A stretch of DNA of 64,000 nucleotides, taken from Mobula hypostoma. Taxonomy: Eukaryota. The position numbers were made by a program, and so were the translations under genes. Positions 38,869-51,296 of this stretch are shown here, piece by piece. Each line of letters starts with the position of its first letter. Position 1 is the stretch's first letter. The stretch spans positions 24,182,001 to 24,246,000 of the forward strand of contig NC_086097.1 in the NCBI RefSeq assembly GCF_963921235.1, given 5' to 3'. The notes under the pieces were generated by a model. The model was not told the origin of the DNA. It did no database searches and saw only the letters and a program-made list of their open reading frames with translations.

Positions 38869-39190
38869 AAGGTGGGGTGTAGAGGTTTTCCTGGCTGCTC
38901 ACTATGAAGAACCTACTCACTCCTTGGCATCACAGGGACAGCAAAGAGAAGAGCTAGCAGAGCCGTCACAGATGCTCTTCAGCGGTCCTCCAGGTGGCTA
39001 TGGATCAAGAGGTGCACCCTGTGGACCAATGCTGCTGGGACACAAGCCAGGGCCTGATCAACCCTGGCTGGGTTGATCAACCTGAATTCTCACCTGGGTG
39101 AGGGTGTCCGATGTTGAAAGACCCGAATCACCCAATGATCCCAGGTTACATCACTGATGATGTATCCCAGCACATCCTAGGATGTATCAT
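38869..39190 (+). mobile_element. Hero-like RLE non-LTR retrotransposon 3' end
   Basis: Own translation: KVGCRGFPGCSL*RTYSLLGITGTAKRRASRAVTDALQRSSRWLWIKRCTLWTNAAGTQARA*, resembling recalled Hero-clade EVGCRGF..SRWLW.KR. Confidence 0.7.
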
Positions 39191-40479
39191 GAGGAGAGGG
39201 TATGCCTTGGGTTCTGAAGGTCCTGAATGATGGATGCGGAGGAATCTCAAGGAATCTTTTTGTCAGAGCTGTCCAGTACCCGGATGAATGTTTTCTTTCC
39301 TTAAACTTTATGTATGTCTTTGTTAATAACTAATTAGAGACCTATTGCTGAACAGAGACACTGGCTTTTTCTCTATATCCTACCAACTTTTCTTCAATGA
39401 ACAATTTATCAAATTGTTGGAAGGTTTCAAGTGAATCTACATCCACTGTACAATTGGGTGATGATCCTATATCCATAACATTTGTTGGATAAAGAAGTGC
39501 ACTCGTTTGTTGTCACCTCTTCATTTCTACTTACCATGAATCTTATTTGGATTCTTTTATCTATTCCCTTTAAGTCCTTCTTCATTTTTGAAACTTCGAC
39601 CTAATCCTTAGATCTCGCAAGTGATTATTTATAACTGAATGCTTGGTTGCCCTCCAACTTACCAGGATGTGCCCACTCTACAAAGAATATTAGTCTTCCA
39701 ATTGTTATTATTTCTTCAGAAACTGAATCTCTTTGACCTAATGTCCGCATAAAATAACATTTTCTTTTTTTTTAAAGTTCAGCTTGTCCAAAAATGACTC
39801 AATTTCTAAGAATGGCAATAACACTGGAGCAGCTAAAGTGGTTTCGATAGAGCCCAGTTAATTCAGTAAGCTGTTTGGATGACAGAGGTAGGGAGGAACT
39901 GAAGGACATAATTCTTTTTAATAACTGTGCACTCACCAGGAAAACAGTAATAGCAGATTACATTGAGTGGAGGTTTGTGTGGATAATTGAAAATGACAAA
40001 GACCAACATAAATAAGACCAATATTAAGGCCACTTAGCGTGCACTTTTGTACATTTATTACATAAAAAGGCCGCAAAATATTTGTCTCTCCCCTGCAGTT
40101 GGTCTCCAGTTAGTTATTAACTAAGAAATACATAAAACTTAAAGAAAGAATACATTTTTCTGAAAGTATGGGAGGGAGAGCTAAGATTGTAGATTTCAAA
40201 GTGCAACTGATTCGAACAATTAAAGCCATTGAAGCTTGACAACAGCTTCTAGCTTTCTCCTCTTGAGGGATTATCTGCCCCCAGGGAAGATAGCAGTTTG
40301 GATATATTACAAGACTAGGATCTGGGTTAATGAAGTTAATTAGTGTAAATCTCAAATCCTTCCATGCTGGGAAATTTATATCTAATCCATGAGTAGTATG
40401 AGAACTCGAGTCAAGTAGGTTGTCTATTGGCGAGTCCTCAGGTGATTTTACGGGATGATCTGGGAGCCACATATTCTGG

Positions 40480-40970
40480 CGTAGTGTGGGCACGAGTAAG
40501 TGGTGGCTGTGGTTATAGTTGGGTCTTTTGGTTGTTTATTCTCTTCTTTTGCAGCTGCCACTTGTTCTCTGCGGCACAGTGGAGATCATTCTCGTGCAGC
40601 TCAGCTCCCTCTTGAAGAGATTTCCTCCAGGTGTATCTATTGAGTGCCTTGTCTTCCCAGTTTTTAGATGTAATGTTGAATTTCCCCTGGCTAATTTTGA
40701 TGTTATCTTTGAAGCATTTCCTTTGCCCATCAGGGGCTCACAGAATATCCTTCACCTGGGGAGACGTAAATTAGGTATCCAGATGACACCAACTATCCAG
40801 TAGAGTTAATGTTGTTTTATCATGGTGGAGATCGTGGCCTCCTTCGGTATGAGTGCATCTGATCCTCAAGATCTTTTGTAAGGATCCTTGGTGGTATTAT
40901 TCCAAGGCTTTCAGGTGCCTGCTGTTGCTGGTCTATAATTCAGCTCCATACAGTAATATAAGAAAGACCA
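40480..40970 (-). mobile_element. Old RTE (BovB-like) fragment
   Basis: Reverse strand LLYGAEL*TSNSRHLKALE*YHQGSLQKILRI; GQRKCFKDNIK. Confidence 0.65.
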
Positions 40971-41415
40971 TCCAGGAACAGGAATGGAAAGTGATGGAAA
41001 TCATCGAGAATGATGGTAGCAAATGTGGAGGAAGAAGCTGTTAATATTTTCATCTAATTGTCTCTCTTTACAACTTAAAATATTTAGATGGATAGCAGGT
41101 ACTGCGTAAAGAGGGAACAAAGGTCAATGTTCAAAGTATATTTATTATCAAAATACATATATGTTGACAATATACTACCCTAAAATACATTTTCTCAAAG
41201 GCATTCACAGCAGAACACAGAAATGTACCAGAATCAATGAAAAGCTGCACACAAAGCAACCAATGTGCAAAAGAAGGCAAACTGTGCAAATCCAAAAAAG
41301 AACAAATAAAAATAACAATAATAATAATAATAATAATAATAGTAATAATATCATCAACACACATCAAAGTTGCTGGTGAACACAGCAAGCCAGGCAGCAT
41401 CTCTAGGAAGAGGTA

Positions 41416-41452
41416 CAGTCGACGTTTCAGGCCAAGACCCTTCATCAGGACT
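41416..41452 (-). ncRNA. Minimal type I hammerhead ribozyme motif
   Basis: Minus strand AGUC-CUGAUGA-AGGGUCUUGGCCU-GAAACGUC-GACUG: core boxes, stem I AGUC/GACU, palindromic ACGU as stem III. Confidence 0.75.
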
Positions 41453-41748
41453 AACTGAAGGAAGAGTGAGTAAGGGATTTGAAAGTTGGGGGGGGAGGGG
41501 GAGATCCAAAATGATAGGAGAAGACAGGAGGGGGAGGGATGGAGCCAAGAGCTGGACAGGTGATTGGCAAAAGTGATATGAGAGGATCATGGGACAGGAG
41601 GCCCAGGGGGAAGGAAAAAGGGGGAGAGGGAGAAAATCCAGAGGATGGGCAAGGGGTGTAGTCAGAGGGACAGAGGGAGAAAAAGGAGAGAGAGAGAAAG
41701 AATGTGTGTATATAAATAACAGATGGGGTACGAGGGGGAGGTGGGGCA

Positions 41749-42190
41749 TTAGCAGAAGTTAGAGAAGTCGATGTTCGTGCCAACAGGTTGGAGGCTACCC
41801 AGACGGAATATAAGGTGTTGTTCCTCCAACCTGAGTGTGGCTTCATCTTTACAGTAGAGGAGGCCGTGGATAGACATGTCAGAATGGGAATGGGATGTGG
41901 AATTAAAATGTGTGGCTACTGGGAGATCCTGCTTTCTCTGGCGGACAAAGCATAGATGTTCAGCAAAGTGGTCTCCCAGTCTGCGTCGGGTCTCACCAAT
42001 ATATAGAAGGCCATATCGGGAGCACCGGACGCAGTATATCACCCCAGCCGACTCAGAGGTGAAGTGTCGCCTCACCTGGAAGGACTGTCTGGGGCCCTGA
42101 ATGGTGGTAAGGGAGGAAGTGTAAGGGCATGTGTAGCACTTGTTCCGCTTACAAGGATAAGTGCCAGGAGGGAGATCAGTGGGGAGGGAT
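41749..42190 (-). pseudogene. Penelope GIY-YIG endonuclease with Cys linker, frameshifted from the RT
   Basis: CKRNKCYTC..GVIYCVRC..LYIGETRRRLGDHFAEH..VATHFN. Confidence 0.92.
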
Positions 42191-43110
42191 GCGGGGGGGG
42201 GGATGAATGGACAAGGGAGTCGCGTAGGGAGCGATCCCTGCGGAAAGCGGGGGGGGGGGAGGGAAAGATGTGCTTAATGGTGGGATCCCGTTGGAGGTGG
42301 TGGAAGTTATGGAGAATAATATGTTGGACCCGGGGGCTGGTGGGGTGGTAGGTGAGGACCAGGGGAACCCCATTCCTAGTGGGGTGGTGGGAGGATGGAG
42401 TGAGAGCAGAAGTGCGTGAAATGGGGGAGACGCGTTTGAGAGCAGAGTTGATGGTGGAGGAAGGGTAGCCCCTTTCTTTAAAAAAGGAGGACATCTCCCT
42501 CGCCCTGGAATGAAAAGCTTCACCCTGAGAGCAGATGCGGCAGAGACGGAGGAATTGCCAGAAGGGAATGGCATTTTTGCAAGAGACAGGGTGGGAAGAG
42601 GAATAGTCCAGATAGCTGTGAGAGTCAGTAGGCTTATAGTAGACATCAGTAGATAAGTTGTCTCTAAAGATAGAGACAGAAAGATCTAGAAAGGGGAGGG
42701 TGGTGTCAGAAATGGACCAGGTAAACTTGAGGGCAGGGTGAAAGTTGGAGGCTAAGTTAATAAAGTCAACGAGCTCAGCATGCATGCAGGAAGCAGCGCC
42801 AATGCAGTCGTCGATGTAGCGAAGGAAAAGTGGGGGACAGATACCAGAATAGGTTCGGAACATAGATTGTTCCACAAAGCCAACAAAAAGGCAGGCATAG
42901 CTAGGACCCATACGGGTGCCCATAGCTACACCTTTAGTTTGGAGGAAGTGGGGGGAGCCAAAGGAGAAATTATTAAGAGTAAGGACTAATTCCGCTAGAC
43001 GGAGCAGAGTGGTGGTAGAGGGGAACTGATTAGGTCTGGAATCCAAAAAGAAACGGACAGCTTTGAGACCTTCCTGATGGGGGATGGAAGTATATAGGGA
43101 CTGGACATCC
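42190..43110 (-). pseudogene. Penelope-like reverse transcriptase (partial)
   Basis: DVQSLYTSIPH, GVAMGTRMGPSYA, FLRYIDD, FLDL, YKPTDSHSYLDYSSSHP; ORF residues upstream of 43110 come from flanking DNA. Confidence 0.93.
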
Positions 43111-44614
43111 AGGTGAATGCCTACAATAATATCATCAACATGAGTTGTAGAGTCCTTGAAAGAGTCCATAGGTTGTGGGATCAGTTCAGTGTTAAGGTGA
43201 ATGAAGTTATCCATGCTGGTTTAAGAAACTGATGGTTGAAGGGTAATAACTTTTCCTGAACCTCGTTGTGTGGTCCCATGGCTCCTGTACCACCTAAAGG
43301 GACAGCATTCATTCAGGGTGGATTTTGGAGACATTAGAAGTTAACTACCTTCAGATTTGCTTCTTAAGCCTTCCTCGGTAGTGAGTTTACTTTTTCTGCC
43401 TGTGACCTTCCAGACTGACTCCAAAACATTTTGTTGTTAATGAACTTTCTTCTGGTATTGAAGTCCTTCATCACTGGATTCAGTTTTACTGTCTTATCTT
43501 TGTTACTGCCCCCTCTTCTAATCTTGAAAACATCAGTGTTGTTTCCTCCATCTACTCTTTTCAAGAGAGCTAGATATAAAATTTTCTTCAGAACTTGGAG
43601 CACTGATCTGAAATTTATTGCTCATTGTGATTGATCAGTCTATTGCGTATTCCACAATCGAGTATCCAGTCTTCTGGGAACACGAGGAGCAAGAGCTTGA
43701 TACTACCACCATTCAATAAGATGAAAGCTCACCTTATTATGGGTTCACTTTCCTGCTGAGTCCTGAAATAGCCTTTTATCCTGAAATCTATGAACATTCC
43801 CCATGAATATATTCAATGACTCATCCCCCTCAACACTTGGAGAGAATTCCAAAGCTTCACAATCCTCTTGAGAGAAGAATATTCCTCTTCCTCTTAGTCT
43901 GAAGAGAACAGCTCCCTCCTCTAAGACTGTTCCCACAAGTCTAAACCCCTCTAGATCCTCAGTTAAGATCCTTAACTCCACCAAGTTAAGTTCCATCAGA
44001 ATCCAGTGTTTCAGTGATTCAACATCCTACTCTTGTAAACTCCAGAGGGCACAAGTGCTTTAAGTATTAATGATTAGCTTTATTTGTCACCTGTACATCA
44101 ATGACCAACGCAGCCTGAGGATTATGCTGGTGGCAGCCTCTGAGTGTCGCCATGTTTCCAGTGTCAACATAGCATGCTCACAACTGAACAACTCTTACTA
44201 ATTCACAAATAATAGGAACGTGAGAGGAAACCAGAACACCCGGGGGATGCTCATGTGGTCACAGAGAGACAGTGGCAGGAATTGATCCCCGATTGCTGAC
44301 ACTGTTAAGCATTATGCTAATATGCTGCAAAATTTCCTCATAAGACAACCCTCTCATGAATCTTTTTCTGCATCTCTATCCATTCCTTAAATACGAAGAT
44401 CAACACTGCATGTGGTATCTAGTGTCATCTCACTAGAGAATTGTAGTGAGACTTCCTGATTCTTGTCCTCCAATCACTGCAATACAACCTGCACTCCATT
44501 TGCCTACCTAGTTACCTTCCAAACCTGCATGGCCAATTTCCCCAAAAACAATGGTCTTGTACCAGCTAAATAGCAGGTTCTTCTTTTCAGATAAAGATTA
44601 GCTTTAGTCTAACA

Positions 44615-45921
44615 TCAAACTCAGCATGGAATCCTTAAAAGAAAATCCTGCCTGAAAAACCCATTACAATTTTTTGAGGAAATTACAAGTAAGCTAGATA
44701 AGGGAGATGCAGTGGATGTTGTATATTTGGATTTTCAGAAAGCCTTTGACAAGGTGCCACACATGAAGCTACTTAACAAGATAAGAGCCCATGGAATTAC
44801 AGGACAGTTACATACGTGGATAGAGCATTGGCTGAATGGCAGGAAACAGAGAGTGGGAATAAAAGGATTCTATTCTGGTTGGCTGCCAGTTACCAGTGGT
44901 GTTCCACAGAGGTCTGTGTTGGGGCCGCTTCTTTTTACATTGTACATTAACAATTTGGATTATGGAATAGATGGCTTTGTGGTTAAGTTTGCTGACGATA
45001 CAAAGATAGGTGGAGGGGCCGGTAGTGCTGAGGAAACGGAGAGTCTGCAGAGAGACTTGGATAGATTGGAAGAATGGGCAAAGAAGTGGCAAATGAAATA
45101 CAATGTTGGAAAGTGTATGGTTATGCACTTCGGCAGAAGAAATAAACGGGCAGACTATTATTTAAGTGGGGAGAGAATTCAAAGTTCTGAGATGCAACAG
45201 GACTTGGGAGTCCTCGTACAGGATACCCTTAAGGTTAACCTCCAGGTTGAGTTGGTGGTGAAGAAGGTGAATGCAATGTTGGCATTCATTTCTAGAGGAA
45301 TAGAGTATAGAAGCAGGAATGTGATGTTGAGGCTCTATAAGGCGCTGGTGAGACCTCACTTGGAGTACTGTGGGCAGTTTTGTACTCCTTATTTAAGAAA
45401 GGATGTGCTGACATTGGAGAGGGTACAGAGAAGATTCACTAGAATGATTCCAGGAATGAGAGGGTTAACATATGAGGAACATTTGTCCACTGTTGGACTG
45501 TATTCCTTGGAGTTTAGAAGAATGAGGGGAGACCTCATAGAAACATTTCGAATGTTGAAAGGCATGGACAGAGTGGATGTGGCAAAGTTGTTTCCCATGA
45601 TGGGGGAGTCTAGTACGAGAGGGCATGACTTAAGGATTGAAGGGCGTCCATTCAGAACAGAGATGCGAAGAAATTTTTTTAGTCAGAGGGTGGTGAATCT
45701 ATGGAATTTGTTACCACGGGCGGCAGTGGAGGCCAAGTCATTGGGTGTATTTAAGGTAGAGATTGATAGGTATCTGAGTAGCCAGGGCATCAAAGGTTAT
45801 GGTGAGAAGGTGGGGGAGTGGGACTAAATGGGAGAATGGATCAGCTCATGATAAAATGGCGGAGCAGACTTGATGGGCCGAATGGCCGACTTCTGCTCCT
45901 TTGTCTTATGGTCTTATGGTC
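44615..45921 (+). mobile_element. Young 5'-truncated CR1 with uninterrupted 371-aa RT ORF (44712-45827)
   Basis: LDFQKAFDKVPH, SGVPQRSVLGPLLF, FADDTK; (tcttatgg)n tail. Confidence 0.95.
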
Positions 45922-46884
45922 TAAAGGAGTGAAACAATGAGATGCATCATTTGTATCAACGATCAACATAGTCTGAAGATGTGCTGGGGGCAGCCCACAA
46001 ATGTCACTATGCCTCCAGCGCCAGCGTAGCCCACAACTTATTAACCATAGCCCTTAGTACAACATTGGAATGTTCGAGGAAGCCAAGCACCCAAAGCATT
46101 CTCGCTCTGTCATGTGGAGAATGTACAAACTCCTTGCAGATAGCAGCAAGAATCAAACACCGATCACTGGTTGCAGGTGCTGTAAAGCGTTATGCCAATC
46201 GCTACATTACCATGTCACATCATTCTTCCTATCTGTGAATCACATCTCATTTTCTCCACACTGGCTTGATCTACCCATAGCTCTTTATAGCCACTTGCTG
46301 TCCTTAATCGTAACTTCCTTGCTATTATCAACAAAATTAGGTATAAGGTCAATAATGTAAGTGATAAATAGATGAGGCACCAGTGCCTTTCCTGGTGGCA
46401 CGCCAGTATTTTAGCTTCCAAACTTGAAAAATGATCCATTTAAACCCTAATTTCTTCAAATGAACAACTCCACCCATCCCCCTCTCCTTGCTGCCTCGAT
46501 TTGCCCATCGCTCTTCACCCCTTCCTCTGTCCATCCGTCACCTCAAGCTCCTGTCCCGCCACTCCCCCTCTGCTTCTTCTACTGCTCTCCCCGCTGTCTA
46601 TCTTAGTCCTGATGGGGGGTTAGCAATTCATTCCACTCTCCGCGCCCCCCTCCCCCACAAATTCTCCTTGAGCTGCCGAGTTTCTACAGTCGGTTGTTTA
46701 TTGCTCCAGATTCCACCGTCTGCCCTCTCTTATGTCTCCATGTTCCTAGCTTTTCTGTGCTGTAGTTAACCATTCCTAAGTACATGGTAAAACCTAATCT
46801 CCAAGGCACAGCTTCAGAAAAATAACAAGAGAAAAAGTAACAGAGACCTCATTGATTTTGATAGCAGAGTGATTATGTTAGTAG

Positions 46885-46970
46885 ATTGGTCATTCAGAGA
46901 ACTGAGCTAATTCTCCAAGAGACCTGAATTGGTCATTCAGAGAACTGAGCTAATTCTCCAAGAGACCTGA
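46885..46970. repeat. Perfect 43-bp tandem duplication
   Basis: attggtcattcagagaactgagctaattctccaagagacctga x2. Confidence 0.95.
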
Positions 46971-47343
46971 ATTCAAATTCCCCTATTGTACCTGGGTTAA
47001 TTAAATAAATCTGGAATGAGTGCTTTGTACCTGTCATGGTAGTAATCAATTTACTGTCATAGAGCACCACAGCACAAAAACATACCCTTCATTGCCTCCC
47101 CTCCATGCTGAACCGATCTTCTGCCTTGTCCCACTAATCTGCACCTGGACCATACCTCTCCACACCCCTCCCATCCATGTACTTTCAAACTTCACTTAAG
47201 TGTTGCAGTCAAGTTTGCATCCACCACTTCCACTGGCAGCTTTTACTACGCTTGCACCAACCCCTGAATGAAGAAGTCACCCATCAGGTTCCCCTTAATA
47301 TTTCACCTTTCACCCTGAACCTATGACTTCTAGTTCCAGTTCT

Positions 47344-47700
47344 TGCTTACTTACTGCCTGTTACACCACTGACGTTCCGGGCAGCAATGAAGGTCCTCCA
47401 TTTCTGTCTGTCCCTAGCTATCTTCTCCATTGTGCCCAAGGTGTGGTTCAGTGTCTGCAGTCGCACAAAGTTATAGAAGGATTTTCTATTGCTGTTTCTG
47501 TAACAATTGTTTTTTGACCAGTCAGGGTTGTTAGCCCTGAGCTGAACCCACAGACCTGGAGGACCATTCTTAGTCTGGCCTCTAACCTTTGTCCTGTTTG
47601 GCATGGGTTACCCTATCAAGAGCCAAAGTACAAGGCCCTGACTCCAACCAAAATAGCTCTCCAGGTCATTGAGGCATGCAAGCCTCAGTCCTCTAGGAGG
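47344..47700 (-). mobile_element. Short RTE-derived non-autonomous element inserted in a CR1 fragment
   Basis: RTE-type end ARDRQKWRTFI, (agta)n tail; TSD tagttccagttct (47331-43) / tagttctagttct (47701-13). Confidence 0.7.
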
Positions 47701-48948
47701 TAGTTCTAGTTCTAGGTCTATTATATTTTACAAAACAAAACTCTCTGTTCCTTTACTGTCCTCGGTGTCTTTAATGAGTCTGATCTCCAACACAACATGC
47801 CTCTGAAATTCCCTAGCAAGTCACTCAATTGTTCAAAATGTAGCTCACTGACACTTTCCTGAGGGCTTTTGGACATGGGCAATAAATTCTGGCCTCGGCA
47901 GCGATGTCAGCATGAAAAGAATTGGGATTAGGTGATGATGTGCATGATGTTTCAGTGCAGATTGGGAACCCCTATTAATACAGGGTGATATTAGACATAG
48001 TTGCTGCATACTGGCATGAGAGAGTGAACTTGCTGGCATGCAGAGGGAACCAAAATCATTCAGGTGGAATAGCTCCAGGGCTATCATCTTCTAACTGCAG
48101 ACCTGAAAAAAGTGGTCACCTGGGCATGGTACAATAGCTGTACTTGTAAAGTGAGTAGGAACAGCAGTACAAGGGCAAAAATCCATCAAAGGAAAACGAT
48201 GTGGAAGAAAATGTCATGTACTGTATATTCCCCTTCTGGGCTCATAGTCTGTATGATGCAACATGCACAGTCCTAAGTAGAGAGCAGTAAAGGTATTTCT
48301 GGTCTATTTATGGTACATCTCAGATTAAAGTCACAAACAGATACAGTATAGAGTGATGGTGCAGAGTTTACTTCAACAGCTGATTACCTGGATCTACAAT
48401 CTGGATCTTTGTCACTGTGCTGGTGATACTCGTTTTGATCTTGGAGACTCAACAGATGTTGATGATGAAAGCATCTGTCTCTGTACTTTTAGAACATAGA
48501 GCATGGGACGTAGAACACTTACAGTACAGTACAGGCCCTTCAGCCCACAATATTGGGCAGACCTTTTAACCTACTCCAAATTCAATCTAACTCTTCACTC
48601 CTACACAGCCCTCTGTTTTTCTATCATCCATGTGCCTACCTAAGAGTTTCTTAAATACCGTTAATGTAGACGCCTCTAGCATTACCCCTGATGCGTAGTG
48701 TGAAGAGGCCATGGACTGGAAGGTGGGGTCCTTGATGTCAGATTCTGCTTTCATGTGACACCATTCGCTGTAGATGTGCTCAGTGGTGGAGAGGGCATTT
48801 TCCGTTCTTGGGCATTGGTGCTTTCATCCCAGGCTGTGATGCTGTGGCTACCAGGCTGCACATCATCAGGATAAGGGACTGGCTACCCAGGACGAGGAAA
48901 AAGAGTAATCTCTTGATTGAATCTGCTATCAATTCTTGAAATTCTCCA

Positions 48949-49260
48949 GATAGATAGATAGATACTTCATTGATCCCAATGGAAATTACAGTGTCACAGT
49001 AGCAAATTTTAGAAGAGAAGTGAGAAAGAATTAAAAAAAAAGTTACCTCATAGAGCCTAACAGGAGCAGGTCATCACTTCCCCGTCTGTAGGTTGACTCA
49101 TTATTGAGCCTAATGGCCGAGGGTAAAATTGACCTCATATAGCACTCTTTGGAGCAGCGCAGTTGTCTTAGTCTATCACTAAAAGTGTTCCTCTGTTTAG
49201 TCAAGGTGGCATGCAGAGGGTGAGAAACATTGTCCAGAATTGCCAGGATTTTCCGTAGGG
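48949..49260 (-). mobile_element. Rex1-type 3' end with (CTAT)n tail
   Basis: (gata)n+cttcattgatcc; same layout as the end at 51297. Confidence 0.65.
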
Positions 49261-50174
49261 CCAGAATGCAGTAAATTGTCAGACACTGAGAGCATTTGAG
49301 GTAGAAGCAGGTGATTTATGGATACTGGGGCTTTGAAAATCAACGTACCTGTATATTTGGATGCAGACTCAGTTGTCATCTGACTGATTGATAGAGCGGA
49401 CACGAGAATCCATATGGTCCATCCCAGAATCCATTTATTTCTCTGCTGGGCTGCTTATGAACCTAGCACTAGAGAAGTTGTTAAAAAATCCATAGACCTT
49501 TAGGTTTAAATAAATTGGCAAAATAATTAATTTGCTCCGAATTCATTGAATGATTCAAGTTGACGGGAACCTCGGCCAACGTTAATATCAATGTGTAAGC
49601 TGTTTCAACATTGATATTGAAGTAGTTGTGCTGAGGAAAGGGTTTTACTTCTTCAAACCGGCCTTAAGACAAGTCTCATCAGATTAATGACTAGCACCAA
49701 GTTACCATTGTGAGCAGCCGTGCCATTTTGTGACTGACCCTTAACCTTGTAATCAATGGAATCTGTGAACTATGTAAGACCAAAGAGATTAATAGAGCTT
49801 CATCTTTTCCCATCTGTAATGTTTTCCTGAATGAGTTTGTTGTGTCTGATACACTAATTAGCAGAGAGCGAATCAATACTTAATGACTATATAGGAAAAT
49901 TCTCCCCTCTTGCATTAAGCTACATCGTTACAGTCATTTCTTTTCCCTTTGTTATTGCAAATTGTGGTTGCTACCTGTCTGGTTTTGAAACAAACAGCCC
50001 GATCCTTGTATGGATTATTCTGAGATTCCTTTAAAAGCAAGCCAATCAAAATCAGCTTCATTAAAAAAAAATCCAGTTAATTTCTTCAAGCATTTTACCT
50101 ACTGGTGATTTTTTATTCTCTGTGAATCAAATGACTGCATTCAAATCATGATCGCAGCAACAACTTGCTTTTAG

Positions 50175-50600
50175 ACTATAAGATATAGGAGCAGAATTTG
50201 GACATTTGATCTTCGAGTCTGCTCTGCCTTTTCATCATGGTTGATCCATTTCCCTCTCAGCCCCAATCTCCTGCCTTCTCTTCATAACCCTACATGTACT
50301 GACTTACCAAGAACCTACCAACCTCTGTCTTAAATATACCCAATGATTTCGTCTCCACTGCTGCCAATGGCAAGGAATTCCACAGATTCACCATTCTCTG
50401 GATAAAGAAATTTCTCCTTATCTCCATTCTAAATGGACGTCCCTCTATTCTGAGGCTGTGTCCTCTGGTCTTAGACTCCCCCACTATAGGAATCATCCTG
50501 TCCGTATCTACTTTAACAATACCTTGCACCATTCGATAGGTTCAATGAGATTCCCCCTCAGTCTTCTACATTCCAGTGAGTAAAGGCCCAGACCATTAAA
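50175..50600 (-). mobile_element. CR1 3' fragment
   Basis: GESKTRGHSLRIEGRPFRMEIRRNFFIQRMVNLWNSLP. Confidence 0.9.
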
Positions 50601-51039
50601 TGCTCTTTGTGATGCCATTGAGGAGTAAAGTAAAACATAATAACATTAGATACAAGAGGAAAATGAGGCCATTCAGCCCATTGAGTCTGCTCGGCCATTG
50701 AATCATGGCTGATTTGTTTTCTCTCAAACCCATTCTCCTACCTTTGCCCTGTCACCCTTAACCCCCTTACTAATCAAGAATATATGGGTCTCTGCCTTAA
50801 ATATACCTAATAACCTGATATCCTCAGCCATCTCTGGTAGGCCTCTGGCTGAAGAAATTCTCTCCTCATCTCAGTTCTAAAGATGTCCTAGTGTGCTTCA
50901 CAGGAGTGGTACCATGCAAAACTGAACTCCAAAGTAGCCCTAAGTTTAGTTAATCAGGTGGTACTTAAGAAATGTTTCAAAAGTGGGAAAAGAAGAGTTG
51001 TATTCATGTAAGGCATTTTGCAATCTCAGCACACTCCAA

Positions 51040-51232
51040 TCACAAACAAGAGAAAATATGCAGATACTGGAAATCCAAACAACACACACAAAGTGCTGAA
51101 CGAACTCAGCAGGCCAGGCAGCATCTGTGGGAAAGAGTACACTGTCGACCTTTCGGGGTGAGACGCTTCATCAGGATTGTCCTTAGATGCAGCCTGGTCA
51201 CTGAGCTCCTCCAGCATTTTGTGTCTGTTGCC
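51040..51232. mobile_element. Inverted pair of Penelope-type termini with a minus-strand hammerhead core
   Basis: Minus strand cctgatgaagcgtctcaccccgaaaggtcgacag; short plus arm agatgcagcctgg..ctccagcattttgtgt. Confidence 0.75.
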
Positions 51233-51296
51233 TTAATGCACTTCAAAGTGTTTTACAGCCACTGAAATCCTTTCTGAGAATGGCTTCTTTTGCAAT

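Larger units (their letters stand above)
41360..43124 (-). mobile_element. Young 5'-truncated Penelope-like retroelement
   Basis: RT + GIY-YIG + hammerhead-bearing terminus; perfect TSD aataatatcatcaaca at 41344-41359 and 43125-43140. Confidence 0.95.

Noticed and set aside
39100..39180. Hammerhead-like words (ccgatg..gaaagacccgaa..ctgatga) in the Hero 3' UTR
   Set aside because: I could not build stems I-III in a valid order around the core.
40110..40493. 127-aa minus-strand ORF
   Set aside because: No domain motif, non-ATG start, and adjacent to a decayed RTE fragment.
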